A DNA stretch of 64,000 nt from the NCBI GenBank assembly GCA_040954595.2, contig CM082583.2, forward strand, positions 2,923,060 to 2,987,059, read 5' to 3'. The position numbers and the translations under genes were made by a program. Below the pieces are notes generated by a model that worked only from the letters and a program-made list of their open reading frames with translations, was not told the origin of the DNA and made no database searches. Position 1 is the stretch's first letter. Each line of letters begins with the position of its first letter. Shown piece after piece: positions 1 through 13,800 of the stretch. This DNA is from Balanoglossus misakiensis. Its lineage: Eukaryota > Animalia > Hemichordata.

Positions 1-1351
1 ATGCATAGGAACAAAATAAACAAATGGGGTGTGTGATACTGGTAATTTGTAAATATAGATATTTAATATATATAAGACTTTTCCCCCCTAAACTATGGAC
101 AATTCCTAATGAAAATCTTCAGCCTCAATCCATAAACCCAGTTTACAGGAATAGTAATATCCTTAATATAGCCATGTAATGCTTCTGACCCTGCAGAAAA
201 AATTGACAAAAATTAATCCTCTTTCAGAAAGTCCAAATTACAGTGGAGGCCCCATAACAAACTATCAGATGTACTTTCAAATCATTTATCTTATAATTCT
301 CTAGTTCTACATGGTGACAAAATATTACCCTCAAAATATACCCTTAATAAGACAATGAAATCACACAGCAGGTTTCCTTTTAAAAAATACTGCAGTGTAC
401 CAAATCCAAGTTTGTTCATAGTTTTTGACATTATTTTGTCATAAATCTTCAGACAAATTATTTCTAACTTCAAAATAATTCTAGTCCAAAATCGGAAATC
501 TACATATATATATTAACATTGTTCGCTGGCTGAGAGTGTGGACATCAAAATAAGGCATGTATCTTCTAAAACTGTTGTAATAGCGATAATGTAGCAAATG
601 AGTGACAGAACTTTGAACTCCATGAAGCAGAAAAAAATTACTAGACAAACTAGACAGAATCTAAGGCAAATTTGATCGCATCCTAAGTTGTCTGAGTTTT
701 ATAACTTTGACACTGAAAGACATGGCAGTGAAAAAACATTTACATGTAGACTAGCTAATTACCTGGTATTTTAGACATTTTAAAAACATCAAAAAGTGTA
801 CGTGTGTTCAGATGTACATATTGTGTGATGTCTGTAAATGAGCATTTGAAAAGTATTCACAACAATCATTTTACCCTCTTACTCTAATCGAATCAAAATA
901 CTGTATACTCAGAAATTGTATTACTCCACTTTTTGCCTTTGATTATGTTGCCATGGCAATGTGGGTGAAGGGATGGGAATATGGCGAACGATGACAGGAT
1001 AAGTGACAAGGCACAGAAAATCCTTTAAATGTATGAATCAAAAGTTCATGTCCCATTTTAAAAATCCCCATGTTGATAAAACTGGACTGCATGATATGGG
1101 AGTGAGCAGATCCAACGTCTGCAACAACCAGACCACTGCATTTGCAATTCTACCAATGAAATTCATTATCTAGGCAGCCTTATGCATGAGCAGGGTTGTA
1201 TTTAAAGGACTATTGGATTGACTTTGTTCTCTTTCCTGGAACCATAAAAATCTATAAATATATTACTATCAGAAAAAAACACTGACTGGAACACTGCTTA
1301 TGGCTGATAAAGATTACATGCCATAGTTAACATTTGAGGCAAATTATGATC

Positions 1352-1480
1352 ACATATTGCCTGGGCTATAGCACCTGTTTATTACTCTCAAGGGACTGTG
1401 AGTCATCACAACAGCATGCTATATCCACGGAGGGCACAGGCCAAATACATATCATATCATGAGGGTAGCAATACGCCTTT
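1352..1480. repeat. Degenerate copy of the 24308 hairpin element, downstream of the MCTP stop (probable 3' UTR)
   Basis: tattgcctgg..ctatagcacctgtttattactctcaagggactgtgag..catgctatatcc resembles the reverse complement of ~24380-24469. Confidence 0.55.
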
Positions 1481-1798
1481 TCAAAGAAGATTAAATATTA
1501 TTTATTTATTGCACTTATGTAAAAATCTGAAATAATTACTGTACCCCCACTTGCAAGGATGTCAACTATCTATTTTAAAGACGACACAAATAAATATATA
1601 GATTTATTCTTATAAATTACTCTCCTCAAAGGTTGCAGATAAATAATTTTTTCCATAATTGTATAAATACAATAAATAATGAACTCTTTGAATTTCATGT
1701 GAAAGGAGCTATCTTGAAACTTAAACCAACTAACTCTGGTAAAACCCTAATGTCGTCACTGGACATATTATGTATAGAAAACTGGAGGTGTGTGAGGG

Positions 1799-1870
1799 TT
1801 AAGACATTTTCTTCTTCTTGGCAGCCAAGATACTAGCTGGTATGTCAGGACGTAATTCTCGATACATTGA
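1799..1870 (-). CDS. MCTP1: MCTP exon 21 (last coding exon)
   Basis: tttgcag acceptor, [23 protein letters not shown] then TAA at 1801-1799. Confidence 0.92.
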   Translation of the reverse strand, partial: SMYRELRPDIPASILAAKKKKMS

Positions 1871-4800
1871 CTGCAAATAAAAGACAACAAGACTCAAATT
1901 AATGTACATGTATTTATAACATTTTGTGTATTAGTCAGCTACAAAGTTTGATGGTTGAATCCTTCACAAAATCCAAAGGGAAAGCCAGTACAAAGAAAAT
2001 CATGTGTCAATGATAAGGCATAAGCATAATATTTTTTCCACACAACATTTGATTCGTGTTGCTGTCAATAAATTCTTTAGCATCTGCTGTCCATTACAAT
2101 CTTGACGCCCATCCCTTGTTGCATTGCTTACATTCAAGAGTCATGTGATATTAACATGAACAATCCATTCTTTCATCAAAAACAGTTTTCACACTCATCA
2201 TTTCAACTTCAGGCCATTTTCAAACAAAATTCAGCTTTAATTTATCAGTATAAACTTTAAGATAACGAACACATGCCTAAAGTAATTGCATGTGTCAGAA
2301 ATTCAACACTGCCTTGTAGACTTTCAAGAATCATTCAAGGACTTCTCCAATCTTGACAATTTAGCAACAAGCTTTAACATGACATATAATATTGACTTCT
2401 GATTTTCAGCATTTTATTATGAATATTTTTTCTTTATTCTAGGATGTTCTAGCGTCTTAAATAATAAACAATATCTAATTAGTAATCACATCAATATCAC
2501 AAAATAAATAATCGTGAAGTGGTAACAGCCCAGCTAACCCTAACCCTGATGACATGAATTTCTGTGTATAGGATTATAAATTGCACCTGAAGTAGAATCA
2601 TGTGGTTTATTTCCAAAACATGCATCAAATGTTGGTATTTTTGTGCACAAACGACTTGTACATTAATTAAGACTTACCAATTCATCATCGGATGGAACTC
2701 TGGATAAGTAATCCAACAGTTCATTGTTGTCAATGTAATGAGGATTTCGCAGCTTCTTGGTGAATTTGTTACAACCTACAGAATAAACAAGAATTACTTT
2801 AAAACCATCTTGTCTTGTCACACCATATATTTTGGTCAATACCAAAAATTATGTGATAAAGTTTATTCCATGTTATCTAGCCTGGAATGTGTATATGTAC
2901 ATGTATGTACATGTACATGTACATGTATATGCATTGGTATATCTCCTATAAGTCCTCCTCTCCCTCCCTCCCTCCCTTCTCCCTCCCTGGCAACAACTAA
3001 GCTGTATTACAGGCACACTAGATACTTACCCCAGGCTAAGATCAAATATCTCAGAGGTATGTTGTATAGGACCACCGTACCAATACACAAAACTGTGATT
3101 AGTAACCATGCCAACCAGGGAACTGTCCAATTAAATGTACTAATTGATAGAAAAACAAACAGCAATTAATGTAATCAGTACTTAATTATGCATCTATTAA
3201 TCACCAGAAGTAATTGCTCTGAAATACATATATGGGAATTATGATTGCAAGATGTGGCCAATGTGACATTAAATGCCAGAATAGCACATCCCACGGACAG
3301 GCAATCCAATAAATACTTTGCTTTATCGCCCGCTCACACGAATCGTTGGCTCGACCACAGTCTGGACCTTGGCGGGCGAGGATTGCAAAGCAAAAAAAAG
3401 TTTTCTAATGACAGCTGTATTTAATACTGTTGTGTTGGGCCTTAGAATAACTATGACAATCCATGAATAGAATCACATTGTCAATGAACAATAATTTGAC
3501 AATTCAGAGTAAAACATACCGGTACAAACTGACAGGACATATACATAAGGAGTATGTACGAGTCCCAAAAACCTAATCTGGGACCGCAAACTGAGACTCC
3601 CAGTTTACCAAAAATGAAGTCTGGGACCAGTCCCCGATTACTACTGGTCCCAGATCATGGTTTTTTAGGTCCCATGGGACCTTATGAAATCTGTGGTGTA
3701 TGGATGGATGGATGTATGTCCGTCCACATCAAAAACTTCAATACTGCTTGGCCCAGTGCATGGTTGTACGGTATTTTTGTGTTACATCTTATGGTATGCA
3801 ACTCTATGTGTTTCAACAATCACCTCACATCAGTTCCTGAGACGCCATGCCAAGAGATGACCTCCATACGCGGCAGGTCACAGCCCCAAATAAAAAACCT
3901 GATTTACACACTCATCATCACAGAATATACTCACTTTGCAACACGTTCACCCATAGCAGCAGCATCACCAAGTCCATTTTGTACTTGTAAACAGACTTCT
4001 TGTATCTGTTGCAATTTTTCCTTGAAGCTCTTCTTCTCTTCAGGTTGCTATGGAAACAAAACAAACGTTTTTTTGTCACAATATATTAAGTACAATAGCT
4101 TAAGTTGCCTCATCAGTGCAATTTGTATCCATTATATCATATTCCTAATGGTAATTTTGGAAAACTGGACTGCACAGCAACACAAATCCTTTACTTTCAT
4201 GTAAAATGTGGAAGTAGAGTTTTTTTGTATTTGTTATTCAGTCTCATGGTAAGGATTTGTGATAACTTTGACAGGCTCGCTTTTGCTGCAAACAAAAAAA
4301 GTGATTCATGTGAAATTGTTATAAAAAAGAAGTAGAGCAAGAATAGTGAACATTTACCACATGTGAAGAAATGTTTGAACTGTGCCTGATTTCAGATATC
4401 ACAGGACAGACCTTCATTTCTGGTTTAATGTTTTCCCCTACATTGCAATCATTACTGAACCCTTACATTATTTTGGTGTGAAAAGAACTCCTGTAAACAG
4501 TATTTTCTGTACTTTACCAGGTGAAAAAGAACAGAATAGAAAAACAGAAAATAGAATACATGTACATTGTTTGGTTGAAACTGTTTGCTTTTCATGTCAA
4601 CTTTCCACTTATAAATTTGCATCTTAGAAAGAATTTAGAAGACGCTGATGACAGACTGCTTTATTTCAAGTCTGTCACAACATTGCATCTAATATTAGTT
4701 ACAGGTTGTATCATGTAATGCACATCGACACAAAGAACAAAGTGTGATGATACAAGATGGCTGGAACAAACCAGGTGCAATGCGTGGCGCATTTTGATTG

Positions 4801-7800
4801 GACAAAAATAAGGTTTATTAGTTGGTGCATCTAATAATGTCATCTTACATACCTTTTTCTGTAAGATGCATAGTTAGCATTGAAGGAAACAGGGAACAAA
4901 AAGTTATTACTGACCATAACATTACAGAAAGAAATATATTGCTACTATAATAAGGTTTATAGATATATGTGCACTATGAGATTTAGTAATACTAGATATA
5001 TTAGAAGATGTTGAATTTCAAGCATAGAAGGCGTCAGAGTAAAGAGTGTCTGTAAATTTCTAATTATCTACCGGTATACATAATCACTCCATGGTTAATA
5101 TCAACGAATGAGAATATTTAAAATAGATCTCACTGAAAGAGTTCAACATTTATTCCGGCTGATTACATTATATTAACTTAAATAGCCATGTCATATGTTT
5201 GTTACTATCAGAATGTAAAACTGCGAATTTGATTTGTATAGTCATGGCCAGCCAAGGACATGTACCGGTACATGTAGCATACAGCTTGTCAACGTATGGT
5301 CAGGTATTTAAAGCTGGCTTGCAGTGCAGAAATAGAACTCAACTGGTCTTTTACATGAAATCCAAATGATCTAAACTTGCCTGTGGACTAGCAAGAAATA
5401 CTAATCGTGCAATTGTTATTAAGCAGAGGGAAGATCAGACTCTGACTGTTACCTCAAATATTTCATGGGATTATCTATATTTACTATATAATTATAACTT
5501 GGATATTACCGGTAGTTTTAGTTTATTATGACATGAGGTATATGTTTCATGCATATACCATGAAAAAGAATAACCCCAGCCGATATGGACTAACATTGTC
5601 AGTGTTTTGTGCATGACAGCCTTAGAAAATGTGTCTTACAACCTTGCATGAGTTCGGATTATAATCAACGTGGTCATAGTTGTGGGTTTGCTGATGATGC
5701 AAGCATGTAACTTTTTAAGGCCTAGTTCTAATTCACAATTGTGATCACTTGAACATCCACTGAGCTCTGGCAATATGTAGATATAGATAGTAGGGTGACT
5801 TGAAATGTTGATTATTCAAATCAGAAAATTTAGCCAATCATTCAATTATTGTTGTATGTAATATCAATCCAACATCAACAAACAAGAAGTCAAGGTCACA
5901 GGGTAAAAGAATATCATTCCCATGATTCCATTACTTTTGTGAGATTCCTAATTTGTGAAATATCTGGAAATTTAACAGATGTCTGACTCTTTGTTTAACT
6001 ACAAAAATGACAAAGAGTGTGTAGGTAATAATGGGTTCCACAGTATCAACACTTTCGCCCAAACTGATGTATCATCACTTTGTGTGAATTCATTCCTATT
6101 TCCCTCATTCAGTCCAAGTATTATAAGCATTGAAATAAAAACTGGTGCTCATACAACAGTACATTAAAGTGTATTTCTTGGGATATAGCAATACCCTGAA
6201 ATGTGGCTACCAACAACTGTGCACATGTACCACAGACAAGTCTGTGTATAATATAAAGGGTTATTCTACGTTTGGCAACAAACAATGGAGATGATATTGA
6301 TGCTATATTTGAAAGGTTGTGTTCAAAACAGAAATGGCAGTCTGACGATAGCAATCTGTAAAATGACATTTAAATTTGAGCATGGTATAAAATATCATGG
6401 CTTTTTCACAATCAGTTCTTTTCTTGTCAGTGGAAGAAGGCTTTTTTGGAGTGGATTAAAAACAATTGTCTGAGAAACAAATGTTTTCGTTCAAAACTTA
6501 CAGAAGGATACAGTTGGTATGGTTTTCATTTTGGGATTATGAACCTTTCAGTATAATTGGTAACTATGTTACACCCATTCTAACTCTGAGTGCATCACAG
6601 TTTTGTTAGGGATTCAATACTTTAATAGAACATGAAAACAACTTGATTTTGTCTGAGATCTTTTAGTTAAACAAGCAATGTGCAGAGAAAACTCAGTTTG
6701 ACTCAGAAAGACTGGAATTTATTAGCATGCAATGAAAAAAAGAAAATAACAGATAGGTGTGTGCAGACAGACATCAAATAGGAAACAATATAGAGCTTTT
6801 AAATCATAGAAAGTTCAACCTAGGTGGATTGTCCTATTGCGTATCATCTACACTATAATTTAAAACTACTTCATATTCCTGTAAACAAATAAATAAATGG
6901 TATGTTTGAAAATATGAAATGTCTCTGCCTTCAATGTTACCTTGGATTTCTTGTCTGGCTCAGGTTCTTCATCCTCCTCATCTTCACTGTCTTCATATGG
7001 CTGTAAAATCAATATTTTATTTCTGTTAGCTCTAAGCCTTGATCATCTTGGCTCCAGCTATCAGCATGTTTTAGATTTATGGTCTTTTTTTCTGTAACAC
7101 ATTACGTACTAAAAGTATAATTTATACAGCCCATCTACTTAATTACATAGCCTTTCACCTCCAGTTCCCTATAATAGAGGTCCAACCTTACCATAGAAAA
7201 CAATAGGTTTGGAGTGAACCATGGTGGTGAAAGAGTTAATGTTGTGGTCTACTCTAAATTGAAAATATTGTCATTTTCCTGATTTATATATTATGTTGTA
7301 TATCAATAACTTTTTCAGTTAGAGGGTCCAAAATATTGAATATTGTGGAAAATGCTAAGTCAGCACATTTTTTCGCACTCCTAATGCTATAGTTTTCTTT
7401 TGGTGAGAGTATGTGAACAGCTCTATCAAAAAAACATGTGGATATAGTTTTTTTCTTTATATAATTTCATAATACTCCTCTTTAAGCACTTTTTGTGAAA
7501 ATTTCAAGAAAGTGACAATATTCTAACACTGCTTACTCAAAATTCTACATGTCATAAAGGCTATGAAATGTGATACTCATATTCTGCATATGTGGGTAAT
7601 CCACTACTTTAATGTGCAGTGTAGTGTAGTGCAGTGCAGTGCAGTGCAGTGTAGTGTAGTGTAGTGTAGTGCAGTGCAGTGTAGTGTAGTGTAGTGTAGT
7701 GTAGTGTAGTGCAGTGCAGTGTAGTGCAGTGCAGTGCAGTGTAGTGTAGTGCAGTGCAGTGCAGTGCAGTGCAGTGTAGTGTAGTGTAGTGTAGTGTAGT

Positions 7801-10800
7801 GTAGTGTAGTGTAGTGTAGTGCAGTGCAGTGCAGTGCAGTGCAGTGCAGTGCAGTGCAGTGCAGTGCAGTGCAGTGCAGTGCAGTGCAGTGCAGTGTAGT
7901 GTAGTGTAGTGTAGTGTAGTGTAGTGTAGTGTAGTGTAGTGTAGTGCAGTGCAGTGCAGTGCAGTGTAGTGTAGTGCAGTGCAGTGCAGTGTAGTGTAGT
8001 GCAGTGCAGTGCAGTGCAGTGCAGTGTAGTGTAGTGCAGTGCAGTGCAGTGCAGTGTAGTGCAGTGCAGTGTAGTGTAGTGTAGTGTAGTGTAGTGTAGT
8101 GTAGTGTAGTGTAGTGCAGTGCATCATATTGCTCTCCAAATAACATAGTCTGGTTTGATGATAACCCATCTTTTGTTTGATGCCACTGGCCAGTAAAGAA
8201 TAGAAAAACTAGCTGTCCCCTTGATAAAAAAAATTAACTTTTCAGCATAAATAAAATGGAAAAAAATCGACAGTAATGCCAATAATGCAATAATTGAAGC
8301 CACCACTGACAGTATAAAAACAGGTGTAACTTACGTCATCATCACTGGCTTTCATGAGTCCACCAACAACACTATACACGATGTAGTTTTTCAAGAACAG
8401 AATAATCAGACCTATTGGTGCCATGTATAACTCAAACATCAACACTCCAAGGATGAAACCCTATAAACAGATGAAAACTGCCATATTAATACAAGACTAT
8501 AGAAAAAAAAATAATTGAAAGAGAAATGTAAAATCCCCCTAGATACTAGATGAAAAGACATTATCCTTATTCAAACATGAAGTGTTTGCGGAAGTCTCCA
8601 GGTCAAGAAGGACTGACTGAGTCAAACGACAGACCCTGGAGTGAAAGGGAAAAACGACTGCAGCTGTTTGTTTGTAGCAGCGTCTGCAGTAATCCCCCTA
8701 ATCCCCTAATCCGCCCATAAACATGATAAACATCGCCAGAGAGACCCCCATCCAATCCTTTCTTGTAGTTTGACGCGATCTGCAAGATGTGACTTATGCA
8801 AATTATCTGATCACGAAAACCTCATAAATGTACTAAAATGAAGACACTTACTCCAAATGCACATGCACTTCTGCCTTTGTTTTCCCAGTCAAAACAGCTC
8901 CTCATTAACTTTCCTGCCTCCATAGCACCCATGGCTAATTTCTTGACTCGGTTGATGTTGCGCATCAAGATCTGTATAAAAGGAACCACACAACAATTTT
9001 ATCTAGACTATGTGATGTGTATTGAATAGTCTACAATGGGGATGGTGTTTGTACTGCCGGCCACATACTAAGTACCCATATCGCATCTCCGGTTCCCACA
9101 AAGCTAATTGAAAGGGATCAGTGTGTACAACTACCACCGTTAATACAAAAACATGATTGCTTGGTTGTTGTTCTGTATGTTCAGCGAATCGGATTCAAAG
9201 AAATTGTTACAGCAACAGCTGCAAATATTGGCCCAAAAATACAATATTGCAGATTTTGTCAGAATGTGAATACATCTGACTTATAAAATTACCCCTAAGT
9301 GACCTGTGTAACAAATGTCAACACTGTCATTGTTTCTGAAAAGAAGCCAATAATTCCTGGACAACCTACGAAGGACAGGGGCAGACATGAATCAACAATG
9401 TCCGATAAGCTCTGACAGTTTCGCTAAAAAGTGTGGTCAAAGAAAGAACGTGTATGCATATTTTGGGCTCTTTAAATTTCAGTCAGTTCAGGTGACATGT
9501 AGCTTGTTTGATTTGCTACCTGATTTTGATGAATTTTCATACTTTGAAAACACTGGTAGTAGTGGAGCGGCAAAACCCCAATTTTCATATCGATTACGCA
9601 TTTTGTGATAAAAGCACCAAACTTGACTCAGATGTATGGTAATGTGTACTAAATAAATTCAGATAGCGAGCCACTAAATATCTGTTGAATAGTTTCCATG
9701 GCAACCATTTTTTTTCAAAATGGCCGCTAATACAGATAATCTCACCTGTAAAACATCAAAATAAATTCAGATTACAATATTTGAAACAAGAAACTATGGA
9801 AAGAATGATTTGCAATATAATTATGGTTATTAAACTACTTATAAGGGTAAATAAGGGATCAAAACACAATTTAAAGGCGCAACTTTCAATCCCTGGTATG
9901 AAATGTTCCGCACAAGGAGTACATTCGGTTGTATTCTCACATAATATGCACAGTCTGTACTGTTTTATATCCACCATCAACATCAGTTGCTGAGTATAAA
10001 TCTTCATACATTATAAGTTTTCATCCATTCAAGATCAAATGAACACGATGCAGAAATACTTTATAAATTAAATCAAATGTTTTACCTTTCTGGAGAATTT
10101 CTGTGAATCTGGTATGTACTTCGGTTCTCGGGGATTAAATGAGCGAATAGCTGCCTTGACCTGTGTGCAAAGACAATTAGTGCAATTGTAACAACACTAT
10201 ATGTATATTATTATAACAATCCACTTTTTCAATTTGAAAACTAGTCAATTTTTCAACAGAAAACCTGATTTTACTTTCCTTTGAGATATCAAAAATGAGT
10301 AAATCTGATGGGCAAAATTTGAATGAAAATGTCAGTTTGCAACTTGCATATAACAATTATCCAACAACGAAAACCAATGCATTCTGACAACGACATTACA
10401 ATGTGACGATTGATTAACTTGCTACGTGAAAATGGCAAAGTGAATAACTTTTTTTAAATTTAAAAAAGTACAAATACATGGAATCAAAACAAATAGCTGG
10501 AGGCAGTTTGATATACAAGTGAAACATCCTTGGTAACAAAAAGTGTCCATAAAAGAGATATCCCAATTGGATTCTTCAGATAATCTTTGCACAAACACTA
10601 TCAACAATGTTCTGTCACATGTTCAGCATTTACCAGAAAAGGAATAAAAGCTTTGGATACATTTGTTGAGTCACTGATCCAGAACTACTTTTGATTGAAT
10701 TGAAAGATGTTATCCTTGAAGATTTAAAATTCTCCAGTTGATAAAAGAATCCAGGAATGACATTCAAACAATAAGAGGATAAACTAACAGTAAGTTGCAA

Positions 10801-13800
10801 ATTTCAATGCATAAGTATTCAGGCAAGAGAGGAGCAAGCAGACGTCTACTCACAGGGTTATAGATGAGATCCATTTCTAACACAATAGCACCTTTAGCAC
10901 GACCTCTCAGTTTCTTGTCTTTCAATGTATACCATCTCCTCTCACCATTTTTGATCTGAAGATGAACAGAATTCATTAATATCCCAAAGTTCACAAAATA
11001 AAAGCATTTCTCCATAAAAGCGATGCTTAATTTTATTACTCAATCAAAGCATGTCAAACCATAGATACCTACAAAATCAGTAATAAAATTAATATGACAT
11101 GGAAATCATTAATTAACATTTTCAATGTCTTGTAAGATAAAAATAGCATCTAAACTAATTGGATGGAGAAAATTCAAACAACACACAAAATATCAATATA
11201 CTCCATCCACTTAACCAAAACGAATACGACGGGAACTATTTTATGAAAACTGCACACATTGTATACAAATCAAGCACTGTTTGTTGTATTTTAGGAGAAT
11301 CATAATTTTATCATTATCAACAAATGAACATATGCAGAACTTTTGGTTTTGGGGCGACACTGTCATTCATGCATATTGGAGATGTGTTTGTGGGTAAACT
11401 CCATCAAAACAATAACAGACTCAGTGCACAAGCGTGGCACGACGACTGCTTCACTTGAAGCAACAATCTGAGACAGTCCCTAAGCAAAATAAAACCAGAG
11501 ACATTTCTGAAATCCGTACATGCTGGATAACCAAGTTGCCATTTACAGGGGTACTTTCCACAAATAACATCTGGTATTCCAGACAACACAAACAACATAT
11601 TACCGGTATAAAAGTACAACTTACTCTTAGCAGTGGAATTGCAACTTTGCCCAGGAATTCTAAACTCTTATTTCTGTCTTCATCATACACTGTCACTTCT
11701 AACACTTCATGAATGTCCTTGACATTGCTACAAAAGTAGAAACAGATACACTCTTAAAATGCTATATACTCTGTGAAATAGCTTACTAAGATACAACAGA
11801 CCATGTGAATCTACAAGTACACGAACCATGCGGAATATGACTATAATATAAGATTATTCACAAAATACCAGGATTTATGTACATCGTATAGTGAAGGTAT
11901 TGTCCGAGACGGACAAAACACTACCAAAGCGTACGATTTCGCATCTTGGGTCACCAATAATTTAGTTTAATTAAAACTGTGTACTTCTTATATAAATTTA
12001 GTCAGAGTAGGGTGTAATATAATTATAGTTTACATAGAACAGCTGTGAGGTCAAAACCTGTCCGTAACCATGGTGTTATGCGACTGCGTCCTCATTTGAA
12101 TAATTATTGTATTCTGATACCGCGAATTATTGTATTACAGAACTCCATAGGGTACAGCAGTAGATCATTAATACAGGAAAATGCATATAGAATATATTTT
12201 CATGTTGTTATAAAATCAAAATCCAGGTTAGTGCTAATATAGGTAGAATATTAGATCTTCTATTTTCAAATTCTACATTTTGATATAAAATTCGTATTTT
12301 TTATATTTATAATGTTATATAATTTCTGTCTGTTCATGTGACTGCAATCTGTACCATAAATCTCAGAAACAGCTTTTCTGTTTCGAAGCAAATTTGGAGG
12401 CCAGGTATTGACTTGAGATGGTCAGACCTATTAATTTTGGCAGGTGTGGATGCATTGAATGAAGTTATTAAAGATCAAAATTTTTCTGAGAATGGTTTGT
12501 CTATAGGGATCACAATGACAGTATATCAGCGTATAGAGAGAATTGCCAAATTTGATGACACAATAGTACATGTAACTTGAACTGTTCTTACTTAGAAACA
12601 ATATATTTTTACATAAATGGACAGAAATAAAGGAAGAAGTTGCACTCTAGGGAATCATGGGAAAATGCACACACATTCAGACACACAGACAGACAGACAT
12701 TGGTACAACACACAATGGATATACATGTACCAATGGTAAAACGTCATGTTTGGAGAACTATGACCTATAAACAGCAAACGTATAGAGCATTTTACATTGA
12801 TCATGATGTCTATTGATGAGCTTTTCAGAGTGTGACAGAATGGGTCAAAGTTCATCAATAGACAAGCGACTGTAAAACCCAGCTGACTCTGCAAGAGGTT
12901 TTCATTGTGAAGCAGCTGTGGTAGATATATACTCACAAAGTAAACACTTTGCCCCATTCTGGATTTAAGGTTTTATAAATGGTCTGAGTTTGCAGTCTGG
13001 CATTGACCAATTCTAACACACACAGTGGATCACTCTTGCCTGTTGCAGTAAATAAACATGGGAAAGTAAAGTATTAAAATGGAATGTCTACTTTGTTTGA
13101 ATATAATTAGTCAATAAATGAACTGCAAAAAAAAATTTCCTCATGAAAATTAAATACATCCCAGTTAACTACTTTTAAATTGTTATACACATCAAAAATA
13201 TTTTCAAGTCAAAATAAATTACAAAATTCATATCAATGCAAAATTGAAAAAAGGATGATGTGCCAGGGTATTCATACATTTTATATCTATGGTAAAATGA
13301 TGCTGTCTTCAAATACTGAATATCAAAATATAAAAGACAAACAACTTAAATGAAAGTCAAACAGTGGCAGACAAGTGCACAAGACATAAAATATTTATAT
13401 ATATATACATGTACCATGATTTACTAGACAGGATTAAGAGTTTGTAAGTAGCAAATATTGAGACATAGTTTACCTCCAATATCTGCAGATGTCAACCCTT
13501 GTGCTTTGATTACTGGAAAATAAACCAAGAAAGAAATGATAACAATAAATAACATTATAACTATACTGGTATGCAGTATTTGCATATAATTGACACCTGT
13601 GAGTAGCAAAATTTTGCCATGGGATATGAAAATTCTTTATTACACTAAACTATAGTTAATATACATAGCATACTACATGTATTGCTGAAACTCTTTCATA
13701 GCACTATGCCAGCAATGCATAAAACCTACAGTTCTGTTTTGCTTAATCGTTGAGGGATGCAATAAAAGACCTTGCGGCGAAAGCAAACAGCTGTGAAAGA

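Noticed and set aside
2535-2548. ctaaccctaaccct telomere-like motif
   Set aside because: Only about two units; expected by chance.
3554-4204. 216-aa plus-strand ORF
   Set aside because: Runs through a repeat and antisense to MCTP exon 18; no recognisable domain.
7604-8169. 180- and 186-aa Cys/His-rich ORFs ([10 protein letters not shown])n
   Set aside because: Translation of a stop-free pentamer microsatellite inside an intron.
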